Of a DNA stretch of 32,000 nt, positions 9,601-18,358 are shown in pieces. Source of the DNA: Edaphobacter aggregans (GTDB taxonomy: Bacteria > Acidobacteriota > Terriglobia > Terriglobales > Acidobacteriaceae); NCBI RefSeq assembly GCF_003945235.1, contig NZ_RSDW01000001.1:5580001-5612000 (forward strand), in the 5' to 3' direction. The translations under genes and the position numbers were made by a program. Within the stretch, counting starts at the first letter, position 1. Each line of letters opens with the position of its first letter. Under the pieces are notes generated by a model. The model was not told where the DNA came from. It searched no databases and saw nothing but the letters and a program-made list of their open reading frames with translations.

Positions 9601-12414
9601 ATCCAAGTTGATGCGAGCGGAGAGGTCGCGGAGCTTAAAGACAACATAAATACCATGATTGACAACCTCCGCCTGACCACGGACCGAAATACCGAACAGG
9701 ACTGGCTGAAGACGAACCTCGCAAGATTTACGAGTATGTTGCAGGGACAACGCGAGCTGAGCACAGTGGGACGCATGTTGTTATCGGAACTGGCACCCCT
9801 AGTGAACGCGCAACAGGGAGTTCTCTATCAGATGGAGGCAGAGGAGCCAGGCAGTCTGATCTTGCTGTCCTCATTCGCGAATCCAGAAGATGGACATCCA
9901 GCGAAGGTAAGGGTGGGAGAAGGTCTTGTGGGGCAATGCGCTCTCGACAAGCGTCGAATGCTGATCGCCGACTTGCCGCGAAATACCTTGCCGATTCGAT
10001 CGGGGCTGTTCGAGGCTATACCGCGCAACGTAATCGTGCTGCCTGTGTTATTCGAGGATCGGGTTAAGGCTGTAATCGAGTTAGCCAGTCTGAACTCCTT
10101 TACTCCCTCACACCTTGCGTTCCTGGAACAGCTGACAGCCAGCATCGGTATCGTCCTGAACAGCATCGAAGCGACGATGCAGACTGAAGGCCTGCTCAAA
10201 CAGTCTCAGCAACTTGCCGTCGAACTGCAGACCCAGCAGAAGGAGCTGCAACAGACCAATGAGCAGTTAGCTCAAAAAGCTCAGCAACTCGCCGAGCAGA
10301 ATGCCGAAGTGGAGCGCAAGAATCAAGAAATTGAGCAGGCACGCGGCGCACTTGAAGAGAAAGCAAAGGAGCTCGCGCTCACCTCAAAATATAAGTCGGA
10401 GTTTCTTGCAAATATGTCCCACGAGCTTCGCACGCCGCTCAACAGCATCTTGGTACTCGGACAGCAACTTGCGGAGAATCCAGAGCACAATCTTAGCGGT
10501 AAGCAGGTCGAGTTTGCACGTACGATCCACGGTGCGGGAACCGACCTGCTCAATTTGATAAGCGACATCCTTGATCTGTCAAAGATCGAATCAGGCACTG
10601 TGTCGGTTGAAGCCGAAGAAGTATTCTTCGGCAGCTTGATCGACATGGTGGCGCGTCCCTTCCGACATGAGGCAGAAAATCGTAAGCTTGTATTCGAGGT
10701 CGAAACCGATCCCCACCTTACGCGCAGCTTAGTAACGGATTCGAAACGTCTCCAGCAGGTACTAAAGAATCTGCTTTCCAATGCATTTAAGTTTACCGAA
10801 CAGGGCAGCGTACGACTCTCGGTTTCGGCAGTAACAACGGGATGGACACAGCGCCACCAGATTCTCGGCAATGCTGCGTCGGTCATTGCATTCGAGGTTT
10901 CAGATAGTGGTATTGGTATTCCAGCCGAGAAGCAAAGGATCATTTTTGAGGCGTTCCAGCAAGCGGACGCAGGAACCAGTCGAAAGTATGGTGGCACTGG
11001 TCTCGGTCTGGCAATTAGCCGTGAGCTTGCCAGCCTGCTCGGCGGAGAGATCCAGCTACGGAGCACGCCCGGCAAGGGCAGCACCTTCACGCTCTACTTA
11101 CCTCAAACATACGTCGGACCGTCTACACAGGCCGTTTCGACCCCCCGGAATGTGCATGATGGGCCCATGATTCCCAGTCTCATGGCACAGGAGCCGGAAA
11201 TTGAAGCCATCGACGACGATCGCCATAACCTGGAGGAGGGCGACGCGATTCTGCTGATTGTGGAAGACGACGTTCACTACGCTCGCATTCTTTGTGATCT
11301 CTCGCGAGATAACGGATTTAAGGTCTTAGCCGCGTCACGTGGTGCGGACGGCCTCACCTTGGCTCGGGAGTACCACCCAACCGCGATCTCACTTGACGTG
11401 TCTCTGCCAGACATGGTGGGTTGGACTGTATTGAATCATCTCAAGCAAGATCCTTCTACTCGTCATATTCCGGTGCAGATGCTTACGGTGGACGAAGACT
11501 GGCACCACGCTCTCTCGCATGGCGCGTTTTCCTTCGTTACAAAGCCCACGACCACGGAAGGGCTGGAGAGGGCAATAGCTCGCATCCACGAGTATGCCAA
11601 TCCGCGGCGCAAACGTCTGCTGGTTGTCGAGGACGACAGGGCGCAACAGGTTAGCATAGAGGCTCTTCTGAACCACACCGACATCGACGTCGTCCTAGTA
11701 TCGACCGGTGCCGAGGCTCTTGGTGCTCTTGAAGAGGAAATGTTCGATTGTCTGGTGCTCGATTTGAGGTTGCCCGATATGACCGGCTTCGAGTTGCTGG
11801 ATCAACTCGGAAAATTACCGTTTGGTAATGAGTTACCCGTGGTCGTTTTCACAGGCAAGGAACTGACACCGGAGGAGTACCAAAAACTCCATGTGCTGGC
11901 CCGCAGCGTTATCGTGAAGGATGTGGAGTCTCCGGAACGCCTCCTGGATGAGACGGCCCTCTTCTTGCATCGTGTGATCACCGATCTACCGGTCGAGAAG
12001 CAGCACATGCTTGATCGCCTGCATCGCTCCGACGAAGCCCTGATCGGTCGCAAGGTGTTGGTGGTGGATGACGATGTACGCAATATCTTCGCGCTGAGCA
12101 GCGTTCTCGAACGCCGCGGGATGACTGTGTTGACCGCGGGTACCGGTCGCGAAGCCATCGGCATAATCGAGGCCACTCTAGATCTGGGCATCGTTTTGAT
12201 GGATATTATGATGCCGGAAATGGACGGCTATGAGACCATGCAAGTGATCCGGCGCAACCCGCTGTTTAGAAGGCTTCCCATCATTGCGCTGACGGCCAAG
12301 GCGATGAAGGGCGATCGGGAAAAATGCCTCGAGGCAGGTGCCTCCGAGTATCTGGCCAAGCCGGTCAACACAGAGCAACTACTCTCCGCCCTTCGGATGT
12401 GGCTTCACAGGTAG
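6664..12414 (+). CDS. cytoplasmic poly-HAMP hybrid sensor histidine kinase (9 HAMP repeat units-GAF-coiled coil-HisKA-HATPase_c-REC-REC-REC)
   Basis: The ORF is open from 6622 (GTG). The ATG at 6664 with GGGAGA upstream is the preferred start. There is no TM helix. Nine 92-aa units span 7192..9675. A GAF domain lies at about 9754..10176 ([21 protein letters not shown]). A Q/E-rich coiled coil follows. The H-box is [15 protein letters not shown] (His codon 10420-10422). N, G1 and G2 boxes are present ([37 protein letters not shown]). Three receivers start near 11245, 11611 and 12052 (LIVEDD...SLDVSLPDM; LVVEDD...VLDLRLPDM; LVVDDD...[11 protein letters not shown]...TAKAM). Confidence 0.95.
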   Translation: METTADLKARSKRPLRTSRGEESVAEAEIACNPEDLALILASLQTMRDGDFSVRLPVAWIGLKGKIADTFNDIIAANEGMAGELKRVGQAIGKEGRTRERTRFQQLRGSWGEMEVSVNTLVEDLLRPTTEMTRTIAAVAQGNLTQTVRLDVGGRPLEGEFLRSANIVNTMIQQLGIFTAEVTRVAREVGTDGKLGGQAQVPGVAGTWKDLTDSVNSMASNLTGQVRNIAEVATAVASGDLSRKITVDVRGEILQLKEAINTMVDQLRSFASEVTRVAREVGTDGKLGGQAVVPGVAGTWKDLTDSVNAMAGNLTAQVRNIAEVTTAVARGDLSRKITVDVKGEILELKDTINTMVDQLNAFAGEVTRVAREVGTEGKLGGQAQVPGVGGTWKDLTDNVNFMASNLTGQVRNIAEVATAIANGDLSRKITVDVRGEILQLKETLNTMVDQLNRFAGEVTRVAREVGTEGRLGGQANVPGVAGTWKDLTDSVNSMAGNLTGQVRNIAEVTTAVARGDLSRKITVDVKGEILELKNTINTMVDQLNAFAGEVTRVAREVGTEGKLGGQAQVSGVAGTWKDLTDSVNFMAGNLTAQVRNIAEVATAVARGDLSRKITVDVRGEILELKDTINTMVDQLRSFAGEVTRVAREVGTDGKLGGQAQVPGVGGTWKDLTDNVNFMASNLTGQVRNIAEVATAIASGDLSKKITVNVSGEILLLKDTINTMVDQLNAFAGEVTRVAREVGTEGRLGGQANVPGVAGTWKDLTDSVNSMAGNLTGQVRNIAEVTTAVARGDLSRKITVDVKGEILELKNTINTMVDQLNAFAAEVTRVAREVGTEGKLGGQAQVPDVAGTWKDLTDNVNVMAANLTEQVRGIVKVVTAVANGELTQKLTVNAKGEVAALAETINNMTNTLATFADQVTTVAREVGVEGRLGGQANVPGAAGTWKDLTGNVNLLADNLTNQVRAIAEVATAVTKGDLTRSIQVDASGEVAELKDNINTMIDNLRLTTDRNTEQDWLKTNLARFTSMLQGQRELSTVGRMLLSELAPLVNAQQGVLYQMEAEEPGSLILLSSFANPEDGHPAKVRVGEGLVGQCALDKRRMLIADLPRNTLPIRSGLFEAIPRNVIVLPVLFEDRVKAVIELASLNSFTPSHLAFLEQLTASIGIVLNSIEATMQTEGLLKQSQQLAVELQTQQKELQQTNEQLAQKAQQLAEQNAEVERKNQEIEQARGALEEKAKELALTSKYKSEFLANMSHELRTPLNSILVLGQQLAENPEHNLSGKQVEFARTIHGAGTDLLNLISDILDLSKIESGTVSVEAEEVFFGSLIDMVARPFRHEAENRKLVFEVETDPHLTRSLVTDSKRLQQVLKNLLSNAFKFTEQGSVRLSVSAVTTGWTQRHQILGNAASVIAFEVSDSGIGIPAEKQRIIFEAFQQADAGTSRKYGGTGLGLAISRELASLLGGEIQLRSTPGKGSTFTLYLPQTYVGPSTQAVSTPRNVHDGPMIPSLMAQEPEIEAIDDDRHNLEEGDAILLIVEDDVHYARILCDLSRDNGFKVLAASRGADGLTLAREYHPTAISLDVSLPDMVGWTVLNHLKQDPSTRHIPVQMLTVDEDWHHALSHGAFSFVTKPTTTEGLERAIARIHEYANPRRKRLLVVEDDRAQQVSIEALLNHTDIDVVLVSTGAEALGALEEEMFDCLVLDLRLPDMTGFELLDQLGKLPFGNELPVVVFTGKELTPEEYQKLHVLARSVIVKDVESPERLLDETALFLHRVITDLPVEKQHMLDRLHRSDEALIGRKVLVVDDDVRNIFALSSVLERRGMTVLTAGTGREAIGIIEATLDLGIVLMDIMMPEMDGYETMQVIRRNPLFRRLPIIALTAKAMKGDREKCLEAGASEYLAKPVNTEQLLSALRMWLHR
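7192..9675 (+). repeat. in-frame tandem array of nine 276-nt (92-aa) HAMP-containing units inside the kinase gene
   Basis: Unit starts (F codon) are at 7192, 7468, 7744, 8020, 8296, 8572, 8848, 9124 and 9400, which is exactly 276 nt apart. The consensus is [92 protein letters not shown]. Units 8 and 9 are more divergent. A degenerate unit precedes the array (about 6990-7191). Confidence 0.95.
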
Positions 12415-12498
12415 CATGTCGGACGGTCATCGAGTTACTTAAAAATCACCGCAGGAACGAAAAATGGCCGAAGCGATATTGTGCCAAGGAAGGAGCAA

Positions 12499-14520
12499 AT
12501 GAGCAAGTACGATCAGGCGAACATACTCATGGTTGACGATCAGCCCAGCAAGTTGCTCAGCTACGAGGTCATCCTAGGCAACCTAGGAGAGAACCTGATC
12601 AAAGCGAAGTCGGCCCGTGAAGCTCTGGATCAGCTTCTACGTCATGACATCGCGGTGGTATTGATGGACGTGAGCATGCCCGAAATCGACGGCTTCGAGT
12701 TAGCGGACATGATGCACCAGCATCCGCGCTTCCAGAAGACTGCCATCATTTTTATCTCGGCAGTGCATCTGACAGACCTTGACCGCATCAAGGGATATCA
12801 GAGAGGGGCCGTGGACTATATCTCAGTGCCGGTCGTTCCGGAGTTACTGCGAGCTAAAGTCAGCGTTTTTGCGGAGCTTCACCGCAAGAATCGCCAGCTG
12901 GAGCAGCTCAATCGTGAGCTTGAACAGCGGGTCGAAGAACGTCTCGAAGACATTCGTAACCTCAACTGTCAACTTGAAGAACGAGTCGCAGAATTAGAGA
13001 CGATTATGCAGGTGCTCCCAGTCGGTGTTGCGGTGTCGCAGGATCCCGAGTGCGTACGCATTACAGGCAACGCTGCGCTGAGCGATTTATTCGGAGTTAG
13101 ACAAGGCGATAACCTCAACCTTGCTGCGGATGACAATCAAGGTCGACCATTCGAAATCTACCAGCAGGGAAGGTTGCTCGATTTCGCCTCTATGCCCCTA
13201 CAATACTCAGCAAGAACTGGACAGCAACTGGGAACCGTGGAGCTTGAGATTCGGCGGCCACATGGGGACTCGAGCCATCTCCTCGCCAGTGCCATCCCTC
13301 TGTTTAACGAAAACGGCATCGCACGAGGGGCTGTCGGTGCGTTCGTCGATGTGACCAGCCGTAAACAGCTCGAGAATCTGCTGCGCGAGAGAGCCGATCT
13401 GTTGGAACTCGCGACTGAAGCGATTATGGTTCGCGATCGGAAGGGCGTATTACTCTTCTGGAACTCTGGTGCTGAGGCGCTTTATGGGTGGCGGCGGCAC
13501 GAGGTGCTTGGCACGAACATCCATAAAGTGTTGCAGACCCGTTTTCACGCAGAGTATATCGATCCCGGCAGCGCGGAGGCCACCCTCGATGCGCAAAGAA
13601 AATGGCATGGCAACCTGACACAGGTCACCCGTGATGGACGCGAGATCGTCGTCGCAAGTCGACAGGCGCTGAAGGCGGATAGTGATGTTGTCCTAGAGAT
13701 CAATCGTGACATTACCGCCCAACTGCGTGCAGAAGACGCCCTCAGAAAGACCGAACGTCTCGCCGCCATGGGACGCGTTGCCGGCATCATTGCACATGAG
13801 ATCAACAACCCCCTGGAATCTATTACCAATACGTTTTATCTGCTATGTAACCACCCCTCTCTCGATGAAGAGGCGCGCTATTACGCTCACTTGGGGGAGG
13901 AGGAGCTAAAGCGCGTATCGCATATTACCCGCCAGACCCTCGGCTTTTACCGTGAGTCAAAAGATCCGGAAGAGGTTTCGCTCTCGCAGGTGCTGGACGA
14001 CATTCTCGAGCTCCAGTCCAGACGACTTGAGTTTGGCAATATCGTCATCGACAGACAGTACCGGAGCAAAGGGGTCATTCAGGGGTTTCCAGTCGAATTG
14101 AAGCAGGTATTTTTGAATCTTATTGGGAATGCCGTTCAGGCGATGCCAGAGGGGGGAAGGCTGCGACTTCGCGTAATTGAATGCGGGCGACGCGAGAAGA
14201 GCAGCGGCGGTATTCGCATCTCGGTTTCAGACACCGGTTGTGGTATCAAGCCAGATCATGCCAAGCAACTCTTTGAGCCTTTCTTTACGACAAAATCTAC
14301 TAAAGGAACAGGTTTGGGCCTATGGATAAGCAGAGGCATTGTCCAAAAGTATGGCGGGACCGTACGATGCCGGAGTTGGCGGCAGCCATCCGGCAATGTC
14401 ACCTGCTTTCAAGTCTTTCTTCCGGACGGCGATTCTAATGCAATTACAAAACGAGCAAGCGCTACGGAAATCAAGAGATCATTCGCTTTCCAAGCAGAGA
14501 GGTCAAGTGCTGATGACTAA
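12499..14520 (+). CDS. REC-coiled coil-PAS-PAS-HisKA-HATPase_c sensor kinase / response regulator hybrid
   Basis: The ATG at 12499 is preceded by AAGGAAGGAG (the ORF is open from GTG 12481). Receiver: ILMVDDQ...VLMDVSMPEIDGFE...FISA. Two PAS-like blocks are present (ETIMQVLPVGVAVS...; ATEAIMVRDRKGVLLFWNSGAEALYGW). The H-box is IAHEINNPLESITN, followed by TLGFYRE, NLIGNAVQAM, DTGCGI and GTGLGLWISRGIVQKYGG. Confidence 0.9.
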   Translation: MSKYDQANILMVDDQPSKLLSYEVILGNLGENLIKAKSAREALDQLLRHDIAVVLMDVSMPEIDGFELADMMHQHPRFQKTAIIFISAVHLTDLDRIKGYQRGAVDYISVPVVPELLRAKVSVFAELHRKNRQLEQLNRELEQRVEERLEDIRNLNCQLEERVAELETIMQVLPVGVAVSQDPECVRITGNAALSDLFGVRQGDNLNLAADDNQGRPFEIYQQGRLLDFASMPLQYSARTGQQLGTVELEIRRPHGDSSHLLASAIPLFNENGIARGAVGAFVDVTSRKQLENLLRERADLLELATEAIMVRDRKGVLLFWNSGAEALYGWRRHEVLGTNIHKVLQTRFHAEYIDPGSAEATLDAQRKWHGNLTQVTRDGREIVVASRQALKADSDVVLEINRDITAQLRAEDALRKTERLAAMGRVAGIIAHEINNPLESITNTFYLLCNHPSLDEEARYYAHLGEEELKRVSHITRQTLGFYRESKDPEEVSLSQVLDDILELQSRRLEFGNIVIDRQYRSKGVIQGFPVELKQVFLNLIGNAVQAMPEGGRLRLRVIECGRREKSSGGIRISVSDTGCGIKPDHAKQLFEPFFTTKSTKGTGLGLWISRGIVQKYGGTVRCRSWRQPSGNVTCFQVFLPDGDSNAITKRASATEIKRSFAFQAERSSADD

Positions 14521-14881
14521 CGCCGCCATACTCTGCGTGGACGACGAGGAGCTTCCGCGTAAGCTTCGCGCACTGGTCCTGCAAAAGCAAGGCTACGAGG
14601 TAATTGCAGTTGCTTCTGGCCAAGAAGCACTAAATATTCTTGCTGTGCGCGATTTCGATCTCGTTCTCACTGACCAAATGATGCCTGGAATGGCAGGGAC
14701 TCAGTTAACAAAGCACATAAAGTCCACTAAGCCGCAGATGCCCGTCATTATCATCTCTGGAGTCAATGACTTGCCTCCGGACGTAGAATACGCCGATCGC
14801 TTCATCAGCAAAATCGAAGGCCCTCTAGCGCTCTTTAGATGCGTAGCTGAAGTACTAGAAAAGTACCGGGCCGGGGTATAG
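14513..14881 (+). CDS. single-domain response regulator (CheY-like receiver)
   Basis: The ATG at 14513 overlaps the upstream stop (ATGACTAA, 8-nt overlap). The translation MTNAAILCVDDEELPRKLRALVLQKQGYEVIAVASGQEAL...DLVLTDQMMPGMAG...IIISG has a canonical DD, phospho-Asp and S. There is no output domain. Confidence 0.85.
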   Translation: MTNAAILCVDDEELPRKLRALVLQKQGYEVIAVASGQEALNILAVRDFDLVLTDQMMPGMAGTQLTKHIKSTKPQMPVIIISGVNDLPPDVEYADRFISKIEGPLALFRCVAEVLEKYRAGV

Positions 14882-14977
14882 GGAATTCCACGCCGGTGCG
14901 CACTATCGGATCTAGGATGATATGTTTCCTCACCCGCTCATTGACTATTTTAGAGGCTGGCAAATGATTACACCGCT

Positions 14978-15190
14978 TCAGTCAAGCGTCGCTACTTCAG
15001 AAGATGGATCAATACCGCTTTCCTCTTGTTGCAATTTGGTTAGATACGCATCCATTTTCTTCACGGGCTTCTTTTTGAGACTGCGGATGCTGGCTACCCC
15101 ATATAGCTCGATTGCTTCGGTGCGCTTCTCCAGCACTGGGTGATTTAGCGTGGCCTCATTTTTGATTTCCCTTAGCCTAACTTGTGTCAT
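14978..15190 (-). CDS. hypothetical small hydrophilic protein (70 aa), weakly supported
   Basis: An in-frame ATG at 15188-15190 within ORF 14978..15295 gives MTQVRLREIKNEATLNHPVLEKRTEAIELYGVASIRSLKKKPVKKMDAYLTKLQQEESG... There is no clear SD and no family recognised. Confidence 0.2.
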   Translation of the reverse strand: MTQVRLREIKNEATLNHPVLEKRTEAIELYGVASIRSLKKKPVKKMDAYLTKLQQEESGIDPSSEVATLD

Positions 15191-15344
15191 GCCAGGAAAC
15201 GGCCGGATCCGGTGCGATTCCAAGCGTGCTCTGGTGCGGAGCGTGAGGAAATCGCTAGCGACCAACATCGAATGGTTGGGCGCATGGAGCACCAAGGCGT
15301 TGCACGGTGCATTGTGTCAATGGTCCGCTACCGATGCGCTAATT

Positions 15345-17966
15345 TTAATCTTGAGGCGGAGGTGCCGACGGCCGATCAGGCTTAGGCGCGGGGACAGATT
15401 CTGATGAAGGTGCCGTTGTCGTGTCCTGGACCTCAGGCGCTGGTTCAGTTGCTGGTGTTGCCGTCTGAGAAGTTGATGAGGGAGACGATGTCGGTTTCTG
15501 CACGGGGTTGGGCAGCGTTATAGTAGCGACCGCGCTCGGATCATCGCGCAGTTTGAGATACAAGTTTGCTCCGTCGGAGGGTGTCGGCACGCCGAAGTTA
15601 TTTTCGGCGAAGCCAGACGGTACATCGGTCGGGTTGGAAAAATCTTTTGCTGCGGCGAAGGACTGCGCGAAGAACAAATTACTGCCGACGATGGTGCAGG
15701 TAGGGGCCTCTGGCGTCGTGCAATGGATCGCTGTGATGTCCGGGGCGCGAACGAGAACGCCAAGCGGAGTCCAGTTTCCCGGCGTGCCGTCTGCTGCAAC
15801 CGGACGCATCTGCAATTTGCCAAATGCCGATTGACCGAACGCTTTTAGGGGATCCAGCGTGGCAACGGCAGTATGATCGTCCTGGAGAACGAGGTTATTT
15901 GTTGCGAGCGAGAGCACAGTGTGGACTGAGCCATCGGCGGTCCCGACTTCAATGGTCTGTGTACGGGGAAAAGCATCTTTCGTTTGCACCACAAAGGTGA
16001 GCTTACCTTCGAGTAAGATGTCGTCTTTAGTACCAAAGCTGACGGGCAACGCGCCATCCTTCTGAACGGATGTGGCCTTGAATGAAAGCAGCTTCAGCTC
16101 AGGGCGCGCAGCTTCGGCGGAGATCTTGACTGGCATCGTACGGCCGTCTTTTAGCTTCGCCGTCGCGCTGGAACCGTCCTCGGGCGAGACGCCGTTGTCG
16201 GCCTGAAGGTGTATCGTCTTGTCGTCGTTGCTTTCGGCGCTGGGCGTGAAGGTCTGTTTCTCGATCTCGATCGAGACAACGTCCTTGAGGCCCTGGCCAG
16301 TAAGTACTGCTGTCTTGTCGCCACCATGGATCTTGATGGCATCGAGGTGAATGCCGGCGGTATACGCCGTGAGTGGTACTTTGTCTCTCTCCGAGTCGCC
16401 ATACTGTTGGATCGCAAGCGAATAACCGCCGGGTTGAACGGTTTTGAGCGAAACGTCCAATGCCAGTTTGTCTTTCGCATCCTTGCCTGCGGCAGGCTTG
16501 AAGGAGACGTCTACATCTTTTGTATCGCCGCTGGTCAGGGCAATGTGCTCGATGCATGCACTTCCATCACCCTTAAGCGTGAGGTGATTCTCCTGCCCGG
16601 CGAGCAGCTGGGCGTTGTCCACGATTTTCCAGTCCTTACCTTTAACCTGCTGGAGCGTAATGGTGGGGCCTTCAAAGGGATCGAATCCCCAATAGCCCCG
16701 GACGGTACCTGTGATAGTCAAATCGGTCGTCGTCCCGATCTTAACATCGGGCTTCGCGGGTAGCGCGCTATCATCTTGAGGCTTTGGGTCGACCAGCGGC
16801 TCACGCTTCTCTTCCTTTGCCACGACGAGTCCGCCTTCGAAGGCGTCGGGCGTTAGCGGTATATCCGTAGGCACCCCTGTTCGGTTGAGACGTAGAACCA
16901 GGCCATGCGCGAAGCTGCTCGAAAAAACAAGTGGCGCGCCTTCCAGAGGAATAATCATCTTCGGCTGCAACAGACACGCAACCTGGTTGGCATCGTGCGG
17001 ATGAAGTGGCGGGAGCTTGGCCTTCTGGATCGCGGGCAAACCAATGACGATGACCGATTCGGGCTTGTGGAAGGAGGGCGGCGCGTTGAGCCTCAGACTG
17101 AGTGAGGAGCCCTGGGGGAAGCTGAGCCCGGGAATGTACTGGTACTGCGCTGTGCGCAGCATGCCGACAAGGTGAACGAGATCCACCACTGCGCCGACAT
17201 AAGCGGAATAAAGGCCCGCTCCGACAGGCTGTGTGTAGGAGGCAGCATTGATAAAGTCAGAGGATGGACCGCTAGATATTGCTTCGGCAATGCTTTGCCC
17301 ATGTCCGTCATCGAGGAGAACGGGGGCGCTGGACTGGGTCAGGCAGAGAACCTGTTGATCGATGGGTTGCTTGAAGCAATCGGCGTTCGGCTTGAGAGCG
17401 AGCGTGGCAGCGAGCTTCGCAGAGTGTTCCTGAATGGCCTTCGGATCGTCTTGCGGGACCGCTTTCATCGCGGCGAGGTAGTGCTCGATGCGTTGCTGCT
17501 CGAAGGACGCTTCATTAAGATCGGCATCTGCACGAATGAACAGGCCCGGCTTACCCTTGACGGCGGAGCGAAGAGTTTTGAAATCGCCGCCGGTCTCGGG
17601 CGCAATAAAAAGCAGGGCCTCCTCAGCTCCGTTCGGAACGGTGACGGTTGTCCCCTCAGCAGTTTTCTTTTCCCAGGTATCGATCTCGGTGAACCAATTG
17701 TCGGGAGGCTCATTTGTGGTGCCGCGAAGAAAGGCAACGATCAGTATCAGATGGTTCGACTGGCTTGGCGGAAGATCAGCCTTGATCCATATCCTGTCGC
17801 CTGGCTGAAGGTTGGGGACCTGAGCGATGGGGAGCGTCGAATTTCCTCGCGTAACTCGGATGTCGATTGTGGGGCCGGACAGGTCGAAGCGTGCTTTGTC
17901 GTCAGCTCTAAGCGCTGCGGCGAAAGACATAGCGAGAAGACAGGCTGCAACCTTCAGAATCTTCAT
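15345..17966 (-). CDS. large secreted protein of unknown function with Pro/Thr/Ser-rich C-terminal tail
   Basis: This uninterrupted 873-aa ORF has a signal peptide (MKILKVAACLLAMSFAAALRA/DD). Its long beta-rich sequence contains Cys residues spaced closely enough to pair (ADCF...VLCL, IHCTTPEAPTC). The tail is low-complexity: KPTSSPSSTSQTATPATEPAPEVQDTTTAPSSESVPAPKPDRPSAPPPQD. I saw no PEP-CTERM or LPXTG sorting signal and no catalytic motif. Confidence 0.85.
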   Translation of the reverse strand: MKILKVAACLLAMSFAAALRADDKARFDLSGPTIDIRVTRGNSTLPIAQVPNLQPGDRIWIKADLPPSQSNHLILIVAFLRGTTNEPPDNWFTEIDTWEKKTAEGTTVTVPNGAEEALLFIAPETGGDFKTLRSAVKGKPGLFIRADADLNEASFEQQRIEHYLAAMKAVPQDDPKAIQEHSAKLAATLALKPNADCFKQPIDQQVLCLTQSSAPVLLDDGHGQSIAEAISSGPSSDFINAASYTQPVGAGLYSAYVGAVVDLVHLVGMLRTAQYQYIPGLSFPQGSSLSLRLNAPPSFHKPESVIVIGLPAIQKAKLPPLHPHDANQVACLLQPKMIIPLEGAPLVFSSSFAHGLVLRLNRTGVPTDIPLTPDAFEGGLVVAKEEKREPLVDPKPQDDSALPAKPDVKIGTTTDLTITGTVRGYWGFDPFEGPTITLQQVKGKDWKIVDNAQLLAGQENHLTLKGDGSACIEHIALTSGDTKDVDVSFKPAAGKDAKDKLALDVSLKTVQPGGYSLAIQQYGDSERDKVPLTAYTAGIHLDAIKIHGGDKTAVLTGQGLKDVVSIEIEKQTFTPSAESNDDKTIHLQADNGVSPEDGSSATAKLKDGRTMPVKISAEAARPELKLLSFKATSVQKDGALPVSFGTKDDILLEGKLTFVVQTKDAFPRTQTIEVGTADGSVHTVLSLATNNLVLQDDHTAVATLDPLKAFGQSAFGKLQMRPVAADGTPGNWTPLGVLVRAPDITAIHCTTPEAPTCTIVGSNLFFAQSFAAAKDFSNPTDVPSGFAENNFGVPTPSDGANLYLKLRDDPSAVATITLPNPVQKPTSSPSSTSQTATPATEPAPEVQDTTTAPSSESVPAPKPDRPSAPPPQD

Positions 17967-18358
17967 CTATCGGTTTTGGATGCGAAAGGGACAAGACTGG
18001 GTTGCGGAGTCGCGACCCAAAAACGAATGCAACCTTCGCTGACAGCTTTCAAACCCCCATAATTGTCGCGGTTGTATTCGCACCGTCCGCGGTTACGTAG
18101 TAAAACACGCACATCGCTTAGAGCGGAGTAAGACGTCCGCTGATCGGATCCCATGTGCCCGGATGAGAAAGATCGAACAAACATAATATCGGCATACCGC
18201 CCCCCTCGCTAACGCACTTTTTCCTGCATGGCTGCCTACACAAACGGTCACCCGATCGAGAGGCGAGAGGGAAATGGTCGCAGGAACGCTTCTGTTCTGA
18301 TTGTTAAGGCATCCAACTAGGTCGAAGATCGTCGACCATAGGGAATTGCGTAGAAGCG

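Noticed and set aside
7192-9675. Regularly spaced repeats that could be mistaken for a CRISPR or other non-coding array.
   Set aside because: The units are contiguous (276 nt, no spacers), in frame and translate to HAMP domains. No cas genes are present.
10323-11090. 255-aa minus-strand ORF. Similar antisense ORFs lie at 5272..5883 (+), 27104..27721 (+), 18740..19396 (-) and 28557..29105 (-).
   Set aside because: Each lies wholly inside a gene with strong family motifs on the opposite strand (kinase, AI-2E permease, katE, TopIB, SDR remnant). None has recognisable motifs.
14922-15143. 73-aa plus-strand ORF (MFPHPLIDYFRGWQMITPLQ...).
   Set aside because: It overlaps the weak minus-strand ORF 14978..15190. 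It has no SD and no motifs, and neither ORF is well supported.
17172-18062. 296-aa plus-strand ORF.
   Set aside because: It is almost entirely antisense to the 873-aa secreted-protein gene. It has no motifs and runs through that gene's start codon.
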